The notes: generated by a model from the letters alone, not told the origin. A DNA stretch of 64,000 nucleotides from Mobula hypostoma (GCF_963921235.1 NC_086097.1:233618001-233682000), one strand, 5' to 3'. Shown: positions 24,220-36,258, numbered from the stretch's first letter. Translations and numbers: made by a program.

Positions 24220-24529
24220 GTTGGATGATCAGCCATGATCATAATAAATGGCGGTGCAGGCTCGAAGGGCCGAATGGCCTACTCCTGCACCTATTTTCTA
24301 TGTTTCTATGTTTCTATGTTTACTTATTTCACTGTTCGTAAGCTGACTGATAATAATGTGACAACATGACAGGTGTAAACATGTCCAGTGTTTCTAAAAC
24401 AAAAGAAAACGTTATGTTAGGTCATGATTGTCTAGCTGCAGTACATATCTGCAGATAGCATAGTGGGCAGTTCACAGATTAAGAGCAGCACTTTCCAAGT
24501 GCATTAATTTTTAAACAAATCAGGAATCT

Positions 24530-24760
24530 ATTTATTTATTTATTGAGCTACAGCGCAGAGACAAACCCTTCCGGCCCTTGGAGCCGCAGTGCCCAGTTAA
24601 ACCCTAGCCTAATCACGATTTACCTACCAACGGGTACATCTTTGGACTGTGGGAGAAAACTGGAGCAACCAGAGGAAACCCATGCAGTCACGGGGAGAAC
24701 GTACAAACCTCCTTACAGACAGTGGTGGGAATTGAACCCACATCACTGCACTGTACTACC
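24530..24760 (-). mobile_element. SINE
   Basis: Same family core as 5030-5295. Confidence 0.65.
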
Positions 24761-25860
24761 ATGTCACCCTCTTTGATTGCATTACCTTATCAAATTAGAT
24801 TAAATCAATGTTCTCAGTTCATCCTTTCATATTGTCCTACATTGGCCAATAGGCCTCTTGGCCATAGATGCTGTAAGAATCAGCATATTAGTCACATTCT
24901 CCCACTCATTTTCCTGTAATTAATTTTCATCCACATGCTCATCATCTCCTGCTTGGGGTAAGTTATGCTGAACATTCCAAATGAGAGGAAACCAGACCAC
25001 TTGAGGTACCTCATACAGCGCCACTTAAATGTGTAATTCCACATAAACTAGTACTGGATATTCAAAGCAACACACACAAAATGCTAGAAGAACTCAGCGG
25101 GTCAGGCAGCATCTATGAAAATGAATAGATAGTCAAAGTTTTGGGCAGGACATTTCTTCAGTACTGGATATTTTCTGCTGGTTGCCGGCTGCATGCAAAT
25201 AGACTGAGTAGTTTCAGAGATGCCAATGAAAGCCTGCACTCAAAAATGACGAGGCATCTTGCTACCATTGTGTGGGTTTGTTTCTTTGATCCAAAAACGA
25301 GGTTCGTATCTGGCAGGTTGGAGAAACGAGGCAGCAGCACTGTCTGCGGTGGCATTACTCCATTCCTCTGTATGCGGACAATGCATTACGCGGAATTTTG
25401 GATCTGAAACAGGTATGGAACATATGATTTAGATTTAGATCTAGATTTGTAATTATTTATCAATCACGTATACATGATATTGGACTTTCTGTTGAAAATT
25501 TTGATTAGCTCCAGTAAATCTACATCTTCAATTTATCATCCTGCCAACAAGTTTTGGATTATTGGTGAAAAATGTGCTTAACAAAAATTAATGATCTCCC
25601 CTTGAAGATACGGAATTGAAAAACTTGTTTGGACCTTCAAGATTATTCCTTCTGCACTATAGAAAACCTGCTTGAATAATTGCTTTACCTCAGCTCTTTA
25701 ATTTCATAAGAAATCATTCCTAATGACAATAAACTGAAGGTCCAGAATACTAATTCATCACCAAATTTGAGCCAGCCAACTTTAGCTAGTTCATCTTCAT
25801 TGACAGCATATCTCCCAACTCCATAACACATCATTCATTGCAGTTTTTGATTCCTCAGAT

Positions 25861-25933
25861 CAGGAGTTTCCAGCCTGGGGTCTACGGACCCCTTGTTTAA
25901 TAGTTCATGGCATAAAAAAGGTTGGGAACCCTA
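25861..25933. mobile_element. Short hAT (Charlie-like) MITE
   Basis: Ends CAGGAGTTTCCAGCCT and AGGTTGGGAACCCT; degenerate 8-bp TSD cctcagat/cgttagat; right half recurs at about 10625-10667. Confidence 0.65.
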
Positions 25934-26104
25934 CGTTAGATTGTTTTTATTTGTATTTCTAGCTATTTTTTTCATGAAGTATAAACTGATAATGTTAAAA
26001 CATGCTAGCAAGTCAGACTCCAAGTTGAACATTTCTTTGGTGGCTTTTCAGCAGAACTACTTGGTAATAAGGTTTTTAAAGTAAATAATAATTGACAATT
26101 ATTA

Positions 26105-26245
26105 TTGGCAGGACCTGCCAAAGGGTCTCAGCCCGAAACGTCGACTGTACTATTTTCCATAGATGCCGCCGGGCCTGCTGAGTTCCTCCACCATTGTGTA
26201 TGTGTTGCTTGGATTTCCAGCATCTGCAGATTTTCTCTTGCTTTT
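26105..26245 (+). mobile_element. Penelope-like terminus with remnant inverted arm
   Basis: TTGGCAGG-A-CCTGCCAA palindrome followed by agggtctcagcccgaaacgtcgact and the terminus. Confidence 0.8.
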
Positions 26246-26599
26246 GCTTCATGTGTATATGTTTCACATTTTAATGCGCAAGAAAAGCATTTTTTTTCTA
26301 ACCTCTAATTTCTTCTGGAAAGTTAATCGCAAAGTTATGCCAGTAGACCTTCCCTCAGATTGCTTGGTTGTACAGCATCTATACCCCTCAGCAACTTAAA
26401 CCTGATTATATCATCCTTCAATATTGTTCCCTCCAGGTAAAATTAACTAATCTCATTAAGTCAATTCTCAAAATCTACTGTAAAGCCCCAAGTCCCCCCT
26501 TCATCCTTGTTACTGCATTTGAAGGTAGTATGCCAAAAACTACAGATAATACTCCATGCAAGCTACCAACTGCACCTACTGCTGCCCGGCCAACCACCA

Positions 26600-27363
26600 C
26601 TGATGTTCAGCCAAGCGACTCCACCCTAGGGAATGTGTCTGGTTGTCCACCTATTATCTGTCCCTGTGCACCGGTTTATTGGTCCCTTCAAGACCACCCT
26701 TTGCATCGATCCCGTCCCTTACCGACTCCAGCCGCCACCGTTTCTCAGGATTACACCTACTTTCCACATGTCCTGGCTCAAACTAATTGTCTATGGACCA
26801 CTTAGTCACAGCCTGCACTACCGGAACCTGGGTTGGTGCAAACACGATTTGCTGGTTGATAGATTCATGTCACCGAGAACGGGGTGTGTATTACTTGGTT
26901 GACTGGGAAGGGTATGGTCTGGAGGAGAGCTCTTGGATGTTGTCCAGTTGCTTCTTGGATCCGTCAGTCATCGATGAGTTCCTTCTGGATCATCCTGGGC
27001 AGTCGAGGGCCAGCCGTAGGAGGTGATGTCCTGTCAGGCCTGCTCCCACTGCCAACTCCCAGCCTGTGCATGCAGGCAACTCCCAACCTCCAACCATCTA
27101 ATAGAGTTCCAGACTTTTCACCTGCAGCCTCTTTAACCCCAGTTCTCATCCATAGTCCTTGTTTACCAGTCGGCCTTAATAGTTACTCCTAGCTTTCCCT
27201 CTCCTTATCTAAAGTTTACCTTGTAGCTTCTTGTGCTTATCCTTTTTGTTCTCTGTTGTTTTGTGGCCCCACATGGCTTGTTATTTTGCAGTCTATTATT
27301 AAATTTATCACTCACTGCTGAATCATCTCCACTGCTCTGACTTTGGGTCAAGCCACCTCTACA
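26600..27363 (+). mobile_element. Chromovirus (Gypsy) 3' remnant: integrase tail, chromodomain, LTR
   Basis: RFIGPFK..YRL..PTFH.S.LK (GPY/F motif); YLVDWEGYGLEESSW chromodomain; purine tract then TGTCAGG..CA at about 27032-27363. Confidence 0.8.
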
Positions 27364-27368
27364 TTCCT

Positions 27369-27619
27369 TGTTGTGTATTTAATATTTCAATAATATTTGA
27401 GTAAACTTGTATATATGTATTATTTTGTTAAGCATTCTTGTTTGCTTAAGTAATTCATTACGGGTTATATGTGTAAATAATGTGAATTGCATATGTCACC
27501 GCGCTACCACTTGATGCATGAATACCCCACTTACAGTAAACTCAAAGTTAGACCCACATTTTGGACTCCCCTGTCTTCCTTTGAATTAGTTTAATGTTCT
27601 GAAGTTTCAAAACGTAACA
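27369..27619 (+). mobile_element. Gypsy solo LTR
   Basis: TGTTG..TAACA; homologous to 13827-14052; TSD ttcct/ttccc. Confidence 0.82.
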
Positions 27620-29289
27620 TTCCCTCACAAAGAACTCTTCTTTAAGATGTGGATTAGTAAAGGAAAATTACATTGAGAAAACTTCGGAGAGCAACTTGAA
27701 ACAAAATTAAAATGTTGTATTTATAAATTAAATGCTGATTTGAAAATCATTAACTTCATGGCCAGGTATCATAGAAGTGAGATAAATTCTTTAGGTTTAT
27801 GGCAGAATTTATTTTGGGCTTGTCCTCCATAGAAAAGCTACCAACTAAAGAACTGACGAAGGATGATATTTACCTCGAACATTACAATCTGCTTCTCAGT
27901 GTGTTTGGACAATTTTGTGTTCCGGAAGAAAACTATACGCCAATGATTTTTGCTGTATTTCCTATCACATCTTTTTGTGTTTTCCCGAACGATTCTACAC
28001 TGTACCTTTGTATTGAGTGCTCATGAAATGGTTTGAGGGCAAATTAAATGGCTTTTGATTAGTTTTGGGGTGTAGATGTTCATGGAGTTCATTCAGTGAC
28101 AGAAGGAATTAAATATAAATTATATAGATCTGACATTGTCTTCGGGAGATGAGATGGAACGTATCCAGTGAGATCAGGTAATCTGAGCAGCCACTTTGAC
28201 ATAGCTAGTTGTGGATAAGGTCTTGTTTGAAGTGGCTTGAAGGTAAATGGACACGTTCATCAGCTCCTCTGTATCTCATGCAAACCTTAGTGATTACAGT
28301 GACTTCTACAAATTGCTCAGGAAATGACTGTGACCGTCATCTTGTCCATTTGATCGAAATAAGGCAGGATTAACAATGATTTCCTTCAACCAGAAATATA
28401 GCTTTCAATTTGAATAGAAAATTGAATGTAATGAATTCAAAGATGAACATACCCTTTGTATGCTAAAATCAGTAAATTCTCATTTCATTGGTAGTTAATG
28501 TTAACAGTAGCAGAAAAGGCGGACAAAGGTGAGTATTCCATTGGGATGCTGCACAATTATTATTCAAGACAGAGAAAAATTCGAATGCCACCAGTGATAC
28601 TAACGACCATGATTATACCATGTCTCATTTTAATTATTTCAATGAGCCCTACTTGGTAAATTCTAAACAGCGATACAATAAAAATTGCTGCCATATTGTA
28701 ATGTGAAGTGTTTGTTTTACTTGCTAGTCAAACGCCACTTTTGCCGTGCCGGTCACTGATTGGCCCATTCGGAAGATGCAGCAGCTCTTTCCCATTGGTT
28801 GCCTTGTGTACCACGGCACCAGTGTCCAGTTCCACTGCCTCAGTATAAGAATAACATGTGCAAGAGACTGACAGGTTTTCCTTTGTCTCCAGGGGCTCAA
28901 CTTCACACTGAGGTCACAAAATTGTAAATGATCAGTCTGGAGATTGGAAGTTTTATATGTTCAAAGATTTTACATGGTTTAACAAAATTTGCTTTACTTA
29001 AAGTTATTTACTGGAAATAAATCGATGCTTTCCGTTGTATTGCCTTGGTGATACGGTACTAGAATATGCCATTCTGCCTCTGAGGACTAACCTCAATATG
29101 TACGTTACTTGTGCCCCTGCTTCCCTCCTCTTTTGATTAACTCTGTCAGCACACCTTTCCAACTTTTTCATCCAATGTGTTTCCTTGGATTTTATGTTAG
29201 CTGGGTCTGGGGATTATGAATTCAGGTGCAACACCAGGTACATCTGCTGTCCACTTCAGTGCTGTGAAAGCATGGCCAAAGGTACTGAC

Positions 29290-30112
29290 TCTGGAAAGTG
29301 TATGGTCATGCACTATGGTGGAAGAAATAAACGGGGAGATTATTATTTAGATGGGGAGAGAATTCAAAATGCAAAGATGCAAAAGAACTTGGGAGTCCTT
29401 GTGCAGGATACCCTAAAGGTTAACTGTCAGACTGAGTCGGTGGTGAAGAAGGTGAATGCAATGTTGGCATTCATTTCTAGAGGTATAGAATATAAGAGCA
29501 GAGATGTGATGTTGAGGCTCTATAAGGCACTCGTAAGACCACACTTGGAGCATTGTGTGCAGTTTTGGGCTCCTTACTGGAGAAAAGATATACTGACATT
29601 GGAGAGAGTTCAGAGACAATTCACAAGAATGATTCCCTGCATGAAAGGTTTACTGTATGAGGAACATCTGGCAGCTCTTGGGCTGTATTCCCTGGAGTCA
29701 GGAGAATGAGAGGGAATCTCATAGAAACATTCTGAATGTTCAAAGGCCTGAACAGATCAGATATGGCAAAGTTATTTCCCCATGTTAGGGGAGTCTAGGA
29801 CAACAGGGCATGACTTCAGGATTGAAGGATGTCCATTTAGAACAGAGATGCGGAAAATTATTTTCGTAAGAGGGTGGTAAATCTGTGGAATTTGTTGCCA
29901 CAAGTGGCTGTGGAGGCCAAGTCATTGGGTGCATTTATGGCAGAGATAGACAGGTTCTTTATTAGCCAGGGCATCAAAGGGTATGGGGGAGAAGGCAAGG
30001 GAGTGGGGATAACTGGAAGAATTGGATCAGCCCATGATTGAATGGCGGAGCAGACTGGATGGGCCGAATGGCCTACTTCTGCTCTTATATCTTATGGTCT
30101 TATAGTCTTATG
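29290..30112 (+). mobile_element. CR1 3' fragment
   Basis: LYKALVRPHLEHCVQFWAP; hairpin and (TCTTATGG)n tail. Confidence 0.88.
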
Positions 30113-30249
30113 GACTCTCCAATTAGGGTTTAAATGACAATGTAACTTTCCTTCTCAGGATCCCATAGCACTTTCCCACAGGATTGCAATGATTTGTTTG
30201 TGGTGCCTTAGTCAATACTTACTCTTCAATGAAGATACATTGTTGTTCC

Positions 30250-30421
30250 TTCTCTGAGCCTTGTGGAGCATTGGGCAGCAACCTTGCTGTGTTTTTAGCA
30301 TTTGTCTGTTTTTTACGAGGTCGAGTTGGTAGCTGAGGCTCAACCAAGCATGGATGGAAGGCGTGCAAGGAGCTGGCCAGATTCGAAGTCCGGTGCAGAT
30401 GCCTCTATACCACTGGTTGGC
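30250..30421 (-). mobile_element. tRNA-headed SINE
   Basis: Similar to 39455-39630; head matches 40341-40400. Confidence 0.6.
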
Positions 30422-30444
30422 TAATTAATATATGTGGGAAATCA

Positions 30445-31025
30445 TAGACGGAAATCCAAAGCAACACACAGAGAATGCTGGAGGAACTCAGCAGATCAGT
30501 CAGTATCTCTGAAAATGAATAAACAAGGCAACGTTTTGGGCCGAGACTGGAAAGGGAGGGGGGAGATGCCAGAATAACAAGGTGGGGTTATAGGAAGGAG
30601 GTTAGCTAGAAGGTGATAGGTGAAGCCAGGTGGGTGGGAAAGATAAAGGGCTGGAGAAGAAGGAATCTGATAGGAGAGGAGATTGGACCATGGGAGAAAG
30701 GGAAAAAGGGGGGACCCAGTGGTAGGTGATAGGCAGGTAAGAAGAGATAAGAGGCCAGAGTGGGGAATAGAAGAAAAGGGGAGGGTGAGGGGAAAGTATT
30801 TTTACCGAAGGAGAAATCATTATGCACGCCATCAGGTTGGAGGCTACCTGGACGGAATAGAAGGTGTTGATCGTCCTCCCTGGCGGTGGCCTCATCATGG
30901 GAATTGGAATCAGAATTAAAAAGGAAGTTCCACTTTTGGCGGACGGAGCAGAGGTGCTCGATGAAGTGGTCCCCCAATTCCCAACAGATCTCACCAATGC
31001 AGAGGGGGCTGCATCGGGAGGACCG
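30445..31025 (-). mobile_element. Decayed Penelope-like 3' fragment
   Basis: GDHFIEHLCSV..QHLLFRPGSLQPDG matches the C-terminus of 33907-36258; terminal repeat follows. Confidence 0.85.
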
Positions 31026-32021
31026 GGCACAATAGCTCTACCTTCATGAATGCCTTCATCACCTCGTTGAAAATCTGAATCAAGTTAGTAAGACATGAAT
31101 TACCTTGCAAGAGAGAAATCATGTTGACTACCCATAATTAGGCAATATTTTTCTAAATGTTTATAAATCCTATCCCTAACAATCTGTGGCAATTTTTCAC
31201 TGTGCAAGGGCAATTGAAGTATTATTTTGTAAAATTCTTCCAGAGTTCCTAAATGAAGTAACTACAGAATGCTTTGGGATATTTAGGAGGTTGAGTGAGT
31301 GTTCAGACCCGCCTGCCAGCCTCTCCTCACTGCTGCCAGAGGAAGGAGTCTCTCTCCCTCTCACTTGCTGCTCCCGAGGGAAGGTCCTTGCACTCGAGTG
31401 ATATCTCCCCCTCTCTCCCGCTCCTGTGAGAAATGGTGCCAGAACACGGTTTGATCGACGCCGTTTGTGGATTGTGGACCCTAATTTGCATATGATGCGT
31501 TTCCAATATTACTAGTTGCTCCTTTCTTTTTGTTGCTAGTTTGTGCGATTCTAAAATCGAGGCAGCCTGCAGACAACAAACCCTGAACTGAAGAGAATTT
31601 GCCTATTGATTTTGTGTTTTCGCTCACTTACTTTTGTTGCCATTTGTGTGGTTTTGTTTTGCGCTTAGGGCATTGATTATTTAATCTTTGAATGAGTTCC
31701 ATGGTTCTTCTTTGTTTCGTGGCTAATTGTGGGGAAAACAAATCTCAGATCTGTATACTGCAAGCACACTGATAACAAATGAACTTTGAATCCTTTGAAT
31801 GTTTTAAATCCTACCACCTCTCATCCAGGGTCAAGATTCAACACCTGGATAATGAAAGCTGAGGCCGAGAGTGCAAAGACACAAAAAATACTTTCTAAAG
31901 AATCTTGAGAAAAGCTAGATGAAAAGTTAAGCTGTTATTTGACATCCTGTCCACTTCCTGACATATTAGGATCACTGAGACACAATGAGAAAACATTTGG
32001 ATCTGTTTGTTAAGTCACATG

Positions 32022-32907
32022 TGTGACGAGAATACACATAGATTAAGATGTTAGCTGCCCTGTGCTGGCACCAGTGGGATCAGCAGTTGGTCTGCCATCT
32101 GTCTTCAGGAGAGAGAGATAAGGAAAACAATGGAGCAGCATTTGGAGATGTTAATGAAGGGATGGGAGAGTTTAACAGAAGGAGAGCTGTCAAGATCGGC
32201 TCCCCCATTGAACTCTGAACTGTTTGAAGTGATGGACAAGCGATACCCCAGCAGGGGGATAAAAAGGGACAGGTTCGCTAAGGCAGGACACACACGACAC
32301 CCCGAGGTAACAAGACCCTGGAAACGGTGCGTCTCCCACAAGTCGGTGGGAAGTTTTGGACGGCTAGTCGCGGGATCAAGCCATAGACGCACAGGGTGGA
32401 AAGGCATGATCGGCGGGAACCTGGTGTGTGTCCACCCTTGCCTGGGTGCCAGGTTTACCGCAGAGAAACGATCGTATCTGGAAACGGAGGGGTCACGGTC
32501 GGTGACCTCAGATGACATCACAAAGGGCTCGCACGAAAACTGACTGCGAAGAATATCGAAGGTCTGTGTGTGGAAGCCGTTTGAATATTCATTCGATTTG
32601 CTCTCTCTCTCCTTCCCCCCACTGTCCATCTCCCACGGTAGCGATTACTGCGAACTGAACTGAACTTTGCGTCACTTTGAAACTGGTCATTTACCCCTAG
32701 ACAACGATAGAGCTTGATTGATCCTGTTATCTTAATTCTGTGTACATGTGTGTTTATCATTGCTGAACTGTTGCATTCATTATCCTTTTGATTAGAGTAC
32801 TGTGTTGCTTGTTTCTTTAATAAAACTTTCTTAGTTCTAGTAATCCAGACTCCAACTGAGTGATCCATTTCTGCTGGTTTGGCAACCCAGTTACGGGGTA
32901 CGTAACA
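32022..32907 (+). mobile_element. Solo LTR (886 bp)
   Basis: TGTGACG..CGTAACA ends; perfect CATG TSD at 32018-32021 and 32908-32911; AATAAA at 32819; GATAAAAG near 32258; CpGs retained. Confidence 0.88.
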
Positions 32908-33906
32908 CATGCAAAACTGAAGGATAGTTTGCCTCAGGTTTCACATGTGCTTAACACTGACATTGGTGCCGCAAACACGAGGAGATCTGCAGATGCTGGA
33001 AATTCAAGCAACATGTTGACTAACATTGGTGTGTGGGTTAACATCACTGGTTCGGGGTAAGGTACCTTGCATGTGGAGATGCATGGTGAACTTGCACTGT
33101 AAAATGGGTCGAGGACTTGGCAAAGTTACTTGAAAACAGCGCAACACAAAATGTTTAATGTGGGTCAGGAAAATGAGGCATCACTTTAAATTATCAGGAC
33201 ACCACAGAGAAACCATCTAACCCAATTGTTTCAGTATTAACATCAGCTAGAAAGATTTAGGTGACATTGAAGTGGAGCCACAGAATTTAAGTGACAGTAC
33301 AGGACTAAGGAGAACAAGTACTTAGTAAAAATAATCTGTGGGTAGTTGCAATAAGAAGAAGTACAGGAAGAGCTGGTGTTTGCAACAAGGATTATACAAT
33401 CAGTGGCCACTTTATTAGGTACACTATTAAGGAAGTGGCTACTGAGTGTATGCTTGTGGTATTATACTGCTGTCGCCAATCCACTTCAACGTGTAGTGCA
33501 TTCAGCGATGTTTATCTGCACACCAATTGTTATAATGGGTGGTTATTTGAGTTACTGCCACCTTCCTGTCAGCTTGAACCACTCTGGCCATTCACCTTTG
33601 GCCTCTCGTTAAAAATGTGCTTTTGTCCACAGAACTGCCTCTCACTGGATTTTTCTTCTGTTTTTCACATCATTCTCTGCAAACACCAGAGGCTGTTGTG
33701 CTGTTTGAGCAGTTTCTGAGATATTCAAATCACCAGCCATCATTGCACAACGCCACTTAGATCACATTTCTTCCTCATTCTGATGAACGGTCTGAACAAC
33801 AACTGAACCTCTTCACCGGCTCCAACACCCCAGGGCATATTCAAAGCCCGGACTCCAGCAACACTCCAGCCTTGAACTCCAGGCCGGGTCTTTATGTGCT
33901 GCTATT

Positions 33907-36258
33907 GTGACTTCCGTCTCCCCTTCCCCCACCAATACTCTGCAATCCCGTCTCCCTCAGATCTCACCGTCAGCTCCTGGGCCCTCAGAGGCTCCATCTT
34001 CCTCTCTCCCCAACCCTCCCCTCTCCATTGACACCCCCAGCCTCCCCCCTCCCCCCTCTGATCCCAGCTCTCACCCGTGCCGGGTCTTTACCGTCCCCTC
34101 CAACCTTCAACTGTCGGAGGCAGAACGCTCTGTCCTCAGTAAGGGCCTTCGCCCACACCTCAGCGAGTTCCGTGTTCGCCATGATGCGGAACTTTTCTTC
34201 CGCTGTCTCCGTCTCCGAGCCTACTTCTTCGGCAAGGAGTCTTCCACCCCCACCGATGACCCCTTCTCCCGTCTTCAACCCTCCTCTTCTTCATGGACAC
34301 CCCGCTCTGGTCTTCTGCCTGCTCTGGATCTCTTCATCGCTAACTGCCGACGGGACATCAACCGTCTCGACTTCACCACACCTTGTCCCCATTCCAACCT
34401 CACTCCTTTGGAACGCTCTGCTCTCCACTCCCTCCGCACTAATCCTAACCTTATTATTAAACCCGCTGATAAGGGGGGTGCTGTTGTAGTCTGGCGTACT
34501 GACCTCTACCTTGCCGAGGCACAGCGACAACTCGCGGATACCTCTTCTTATTTACCCCTCGATCGTGACCCCACTAAGAAGCACCAGGCCATTGTCTCCC
34601 ACACCATCACCGACTTTATCCGCTCAGGGGATCTCCCATCCACTGCTACCAACCTTATAGTTCCCACACCCCGCAGTTCTCGTTTCTACCTCCTACCCAA
34701 GATCCACAAACCTGCCTGTCCTGGCCAACCTATTATCTCAGCTTGCTCCTGCCCCACCAAACTCGTTTCTGCATACCTCGACACGGTTTTATCCCCCCTT
34801 GTTCAATCCCTTCCTACCTATGTTCGTGAGACTTCTCACGCTCTTAAACTTTTCGATGATTTTAAGTTCCCTGGCCCCCACCGCTTTATTTTCACCATGG
34901 ATGTCCAGTCCCTATATACTTCCATCCCCCATCAGGAAGGTCTCAAAGCTCTACGCTTCTTTTTGGATTCCAGACCTAATCAGTTCCCCTCTACCACCAT
35001 TCTGCTCCATCTAGCGGAATTAGTCCTTACTCTTAATAATTTCTCCTTTGGCTCCTCCCACTTCCTCCAAACTAAAGGTGTAGCTATGGGCACCCGTATG
35101 GGTCCTAGCTATGCCTGCCTTTTTGTTGGCTTTGTGGAACAATCTATGTTCTGTGCCTATTCTGGTATCTGTCCCCCACTTTTCCTTCGCTACATCGATG
35201 ACTGCATTGGCGCTGCTTCCTGCACGCATGCAGAGCTCATTGACTTTATTAACTTTGCCACCAACTTTCACCCTGCCCTCAAGTTTACCTGGTCCATTTC
35301 CGACACCTCCCTCCCCTTTCTAGATCTTTCTGTCTCTGTCTCTGGAGACAACTTATCCACTGATGTCTACTATAAGCCTACTGACTCTCACAGCTATCTG
35401 GACTATTCCTCTTCTCACCCTGTCTCTTGCAAAAACACCATCCCCTTCTCGCAATTCCTCCGTCTCCGGCGCATCTGCTCTCAGGATGAGGCTTTTCATT
35501 ACAGGACGAGGGAGATGTCCTCCTTTTTTAAAGAAAGGGGCTTCCCTTCCTCCATTATCAACTTTGCTCTTAAACGCATCTCCCCCATTTCACGTACATC
35601 TGCTCTCACTCCATCCTCCCGCCACCCCACTAGGAATAGGGTTCCCCTGGTCCTCACCTACCACCCCACCAGCCTTCGGGTCCAACATATTATTCTCGGT
35701 AACTTCCGCCACCTCCAACGGGATCCCACCACTAAGCACATCTTTCCCTCCCCCCCTCTCTGCATTCCGCAGGGATCGCTCCCTACGCAACTCCCTTGTC
35801 CATTCGATCCCCCCCCATCCCTCCCCACTGATCTCCCTCCTGGCACTTATCTGTGTAAGCGGAACAAGTGCTACACATGCTCTTACACTTCCTCCCTTAC
35901 CACCATTCAGGGCCCCAAACAGTCCTTCCAGGTGAGGCAACACTTCACCTGTGAGTCGGCTGGGGTGATATACTGCGTCCGGTGCTCGCGATGTGGCCTT
36001 TTATATATTGGCGAGACCCGACGCAGACTGGGAGACCGCTTTGCTGAACATCTACGCTCTGTCCACCAGAGAAAGCAGGATCTCCCAGTGGCCACACATT
36101 TTAATTCCACATCCCATTGCCATTCTGACATGACTATCCACGGCCTCCTCTACTGTAAAGATGAAGCCACACTCAGGTTGGAGGAACAACACCTTATATT
36201 CCGTCTGGGTAGCCTCCAACCTGATGGCATGAACATCGACTTCTCTAACTTCCGCTAA
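33907..36258 (+). CDS. Penelope-like RT plus GIY-YIG endonuclease (probably disabled)
   Basis: KPADKG, LPKIHK, DVQSLYT, GVAMG, YIDD (35191), GVIYC..C..C..LYIGET..RF.EH. Confidence 0.9.
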   Translation: MTSVSPSPTNTLQSRLPQISPSAPGPSEAPSSSLPNPPLSIDTPSLPPPPSDPSSHPCRVFTVPSNLQLSEAERSVLSKGLRPHLSEFRVRHDAELFFRCLRLRAYFFGKESSTPTDDPFSRLQPSSSSWTPRSGLLPALDLFIANCRRDINRLDFTTPCPHSNLTPLERSALHSLRTNPNLIIKPADKGGAVVVWRTDLYLAEAQRQLADTSSYLPLDRDPTKKHQAIVSHTITDFIRSGDLPSTATNLIVPTPRSSRFYLLPKIHKPACPGQPIISACSCPTKLVSAYLDTVLSPLVQSLPTYVRETSHALKLFDDFKFPGPHRFIFTMDVQSLYTSIPHQEGLKALRFFLDSRPNQFPSTTILLHLAELVLTLNNFSFGSSHFLQTKGVAMGTRMGPSYACLFVGFVEQSMFCAYSGICPPLFLRYIDDCIGAASCTHAELIDFINFATNFHPALKFTWSISDTSLPFLDLSVSVSGDNLSTDVYYKPTDSHSYLDYSSSHPVSCKNTIPFSQFLRLRRICSQDEAFHYRTREMSSFFKERGFPSSIINFALKRISPISRTSALTPSSRHPTRNRVPLVLTYHPTSLRVQHIILGNFRHLQRDPTTKHIFPSPPLCIPQGSLPTQLPCPFDPPPSLPTDLPPGTYLCKRNKCYTCSYTSSLTTIQGPKQSFQVRQHFTCESAGVIYCVRCSRCGLLYIGETRRRLGDRFAEHLRSVHQRKQDLPVATHFNSTSHCHSDMTIHGLLYCKDEATLRLEEQHLIFRLGSLQPDGMNIDFSNFR

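Larger units (their letters stand above)
20172..24319 (+). mobile_element. Near full-length CR1 LINE (family A), both ORFs intact
   Basis: Short CpG-rich 5' leader, ORF1, ORF2, 3' UTR hairpin GGCC-GAAT-GGCC, (TTTCTATG)n tail; 5' boundary approximate. Confidence 0.96.

Noticed and set aside
27874..28030. Minus-strand donor GAG/GTAAAT as a host exon end
   Set aside because: No clear acceptor, upstream stops, no recognisable peptide, and phase does not fit the 25.4-kb candidate
32105..32910. ORFs of 130-174 aa
   Set aside because: Inside a solo LTR; no domain motifs
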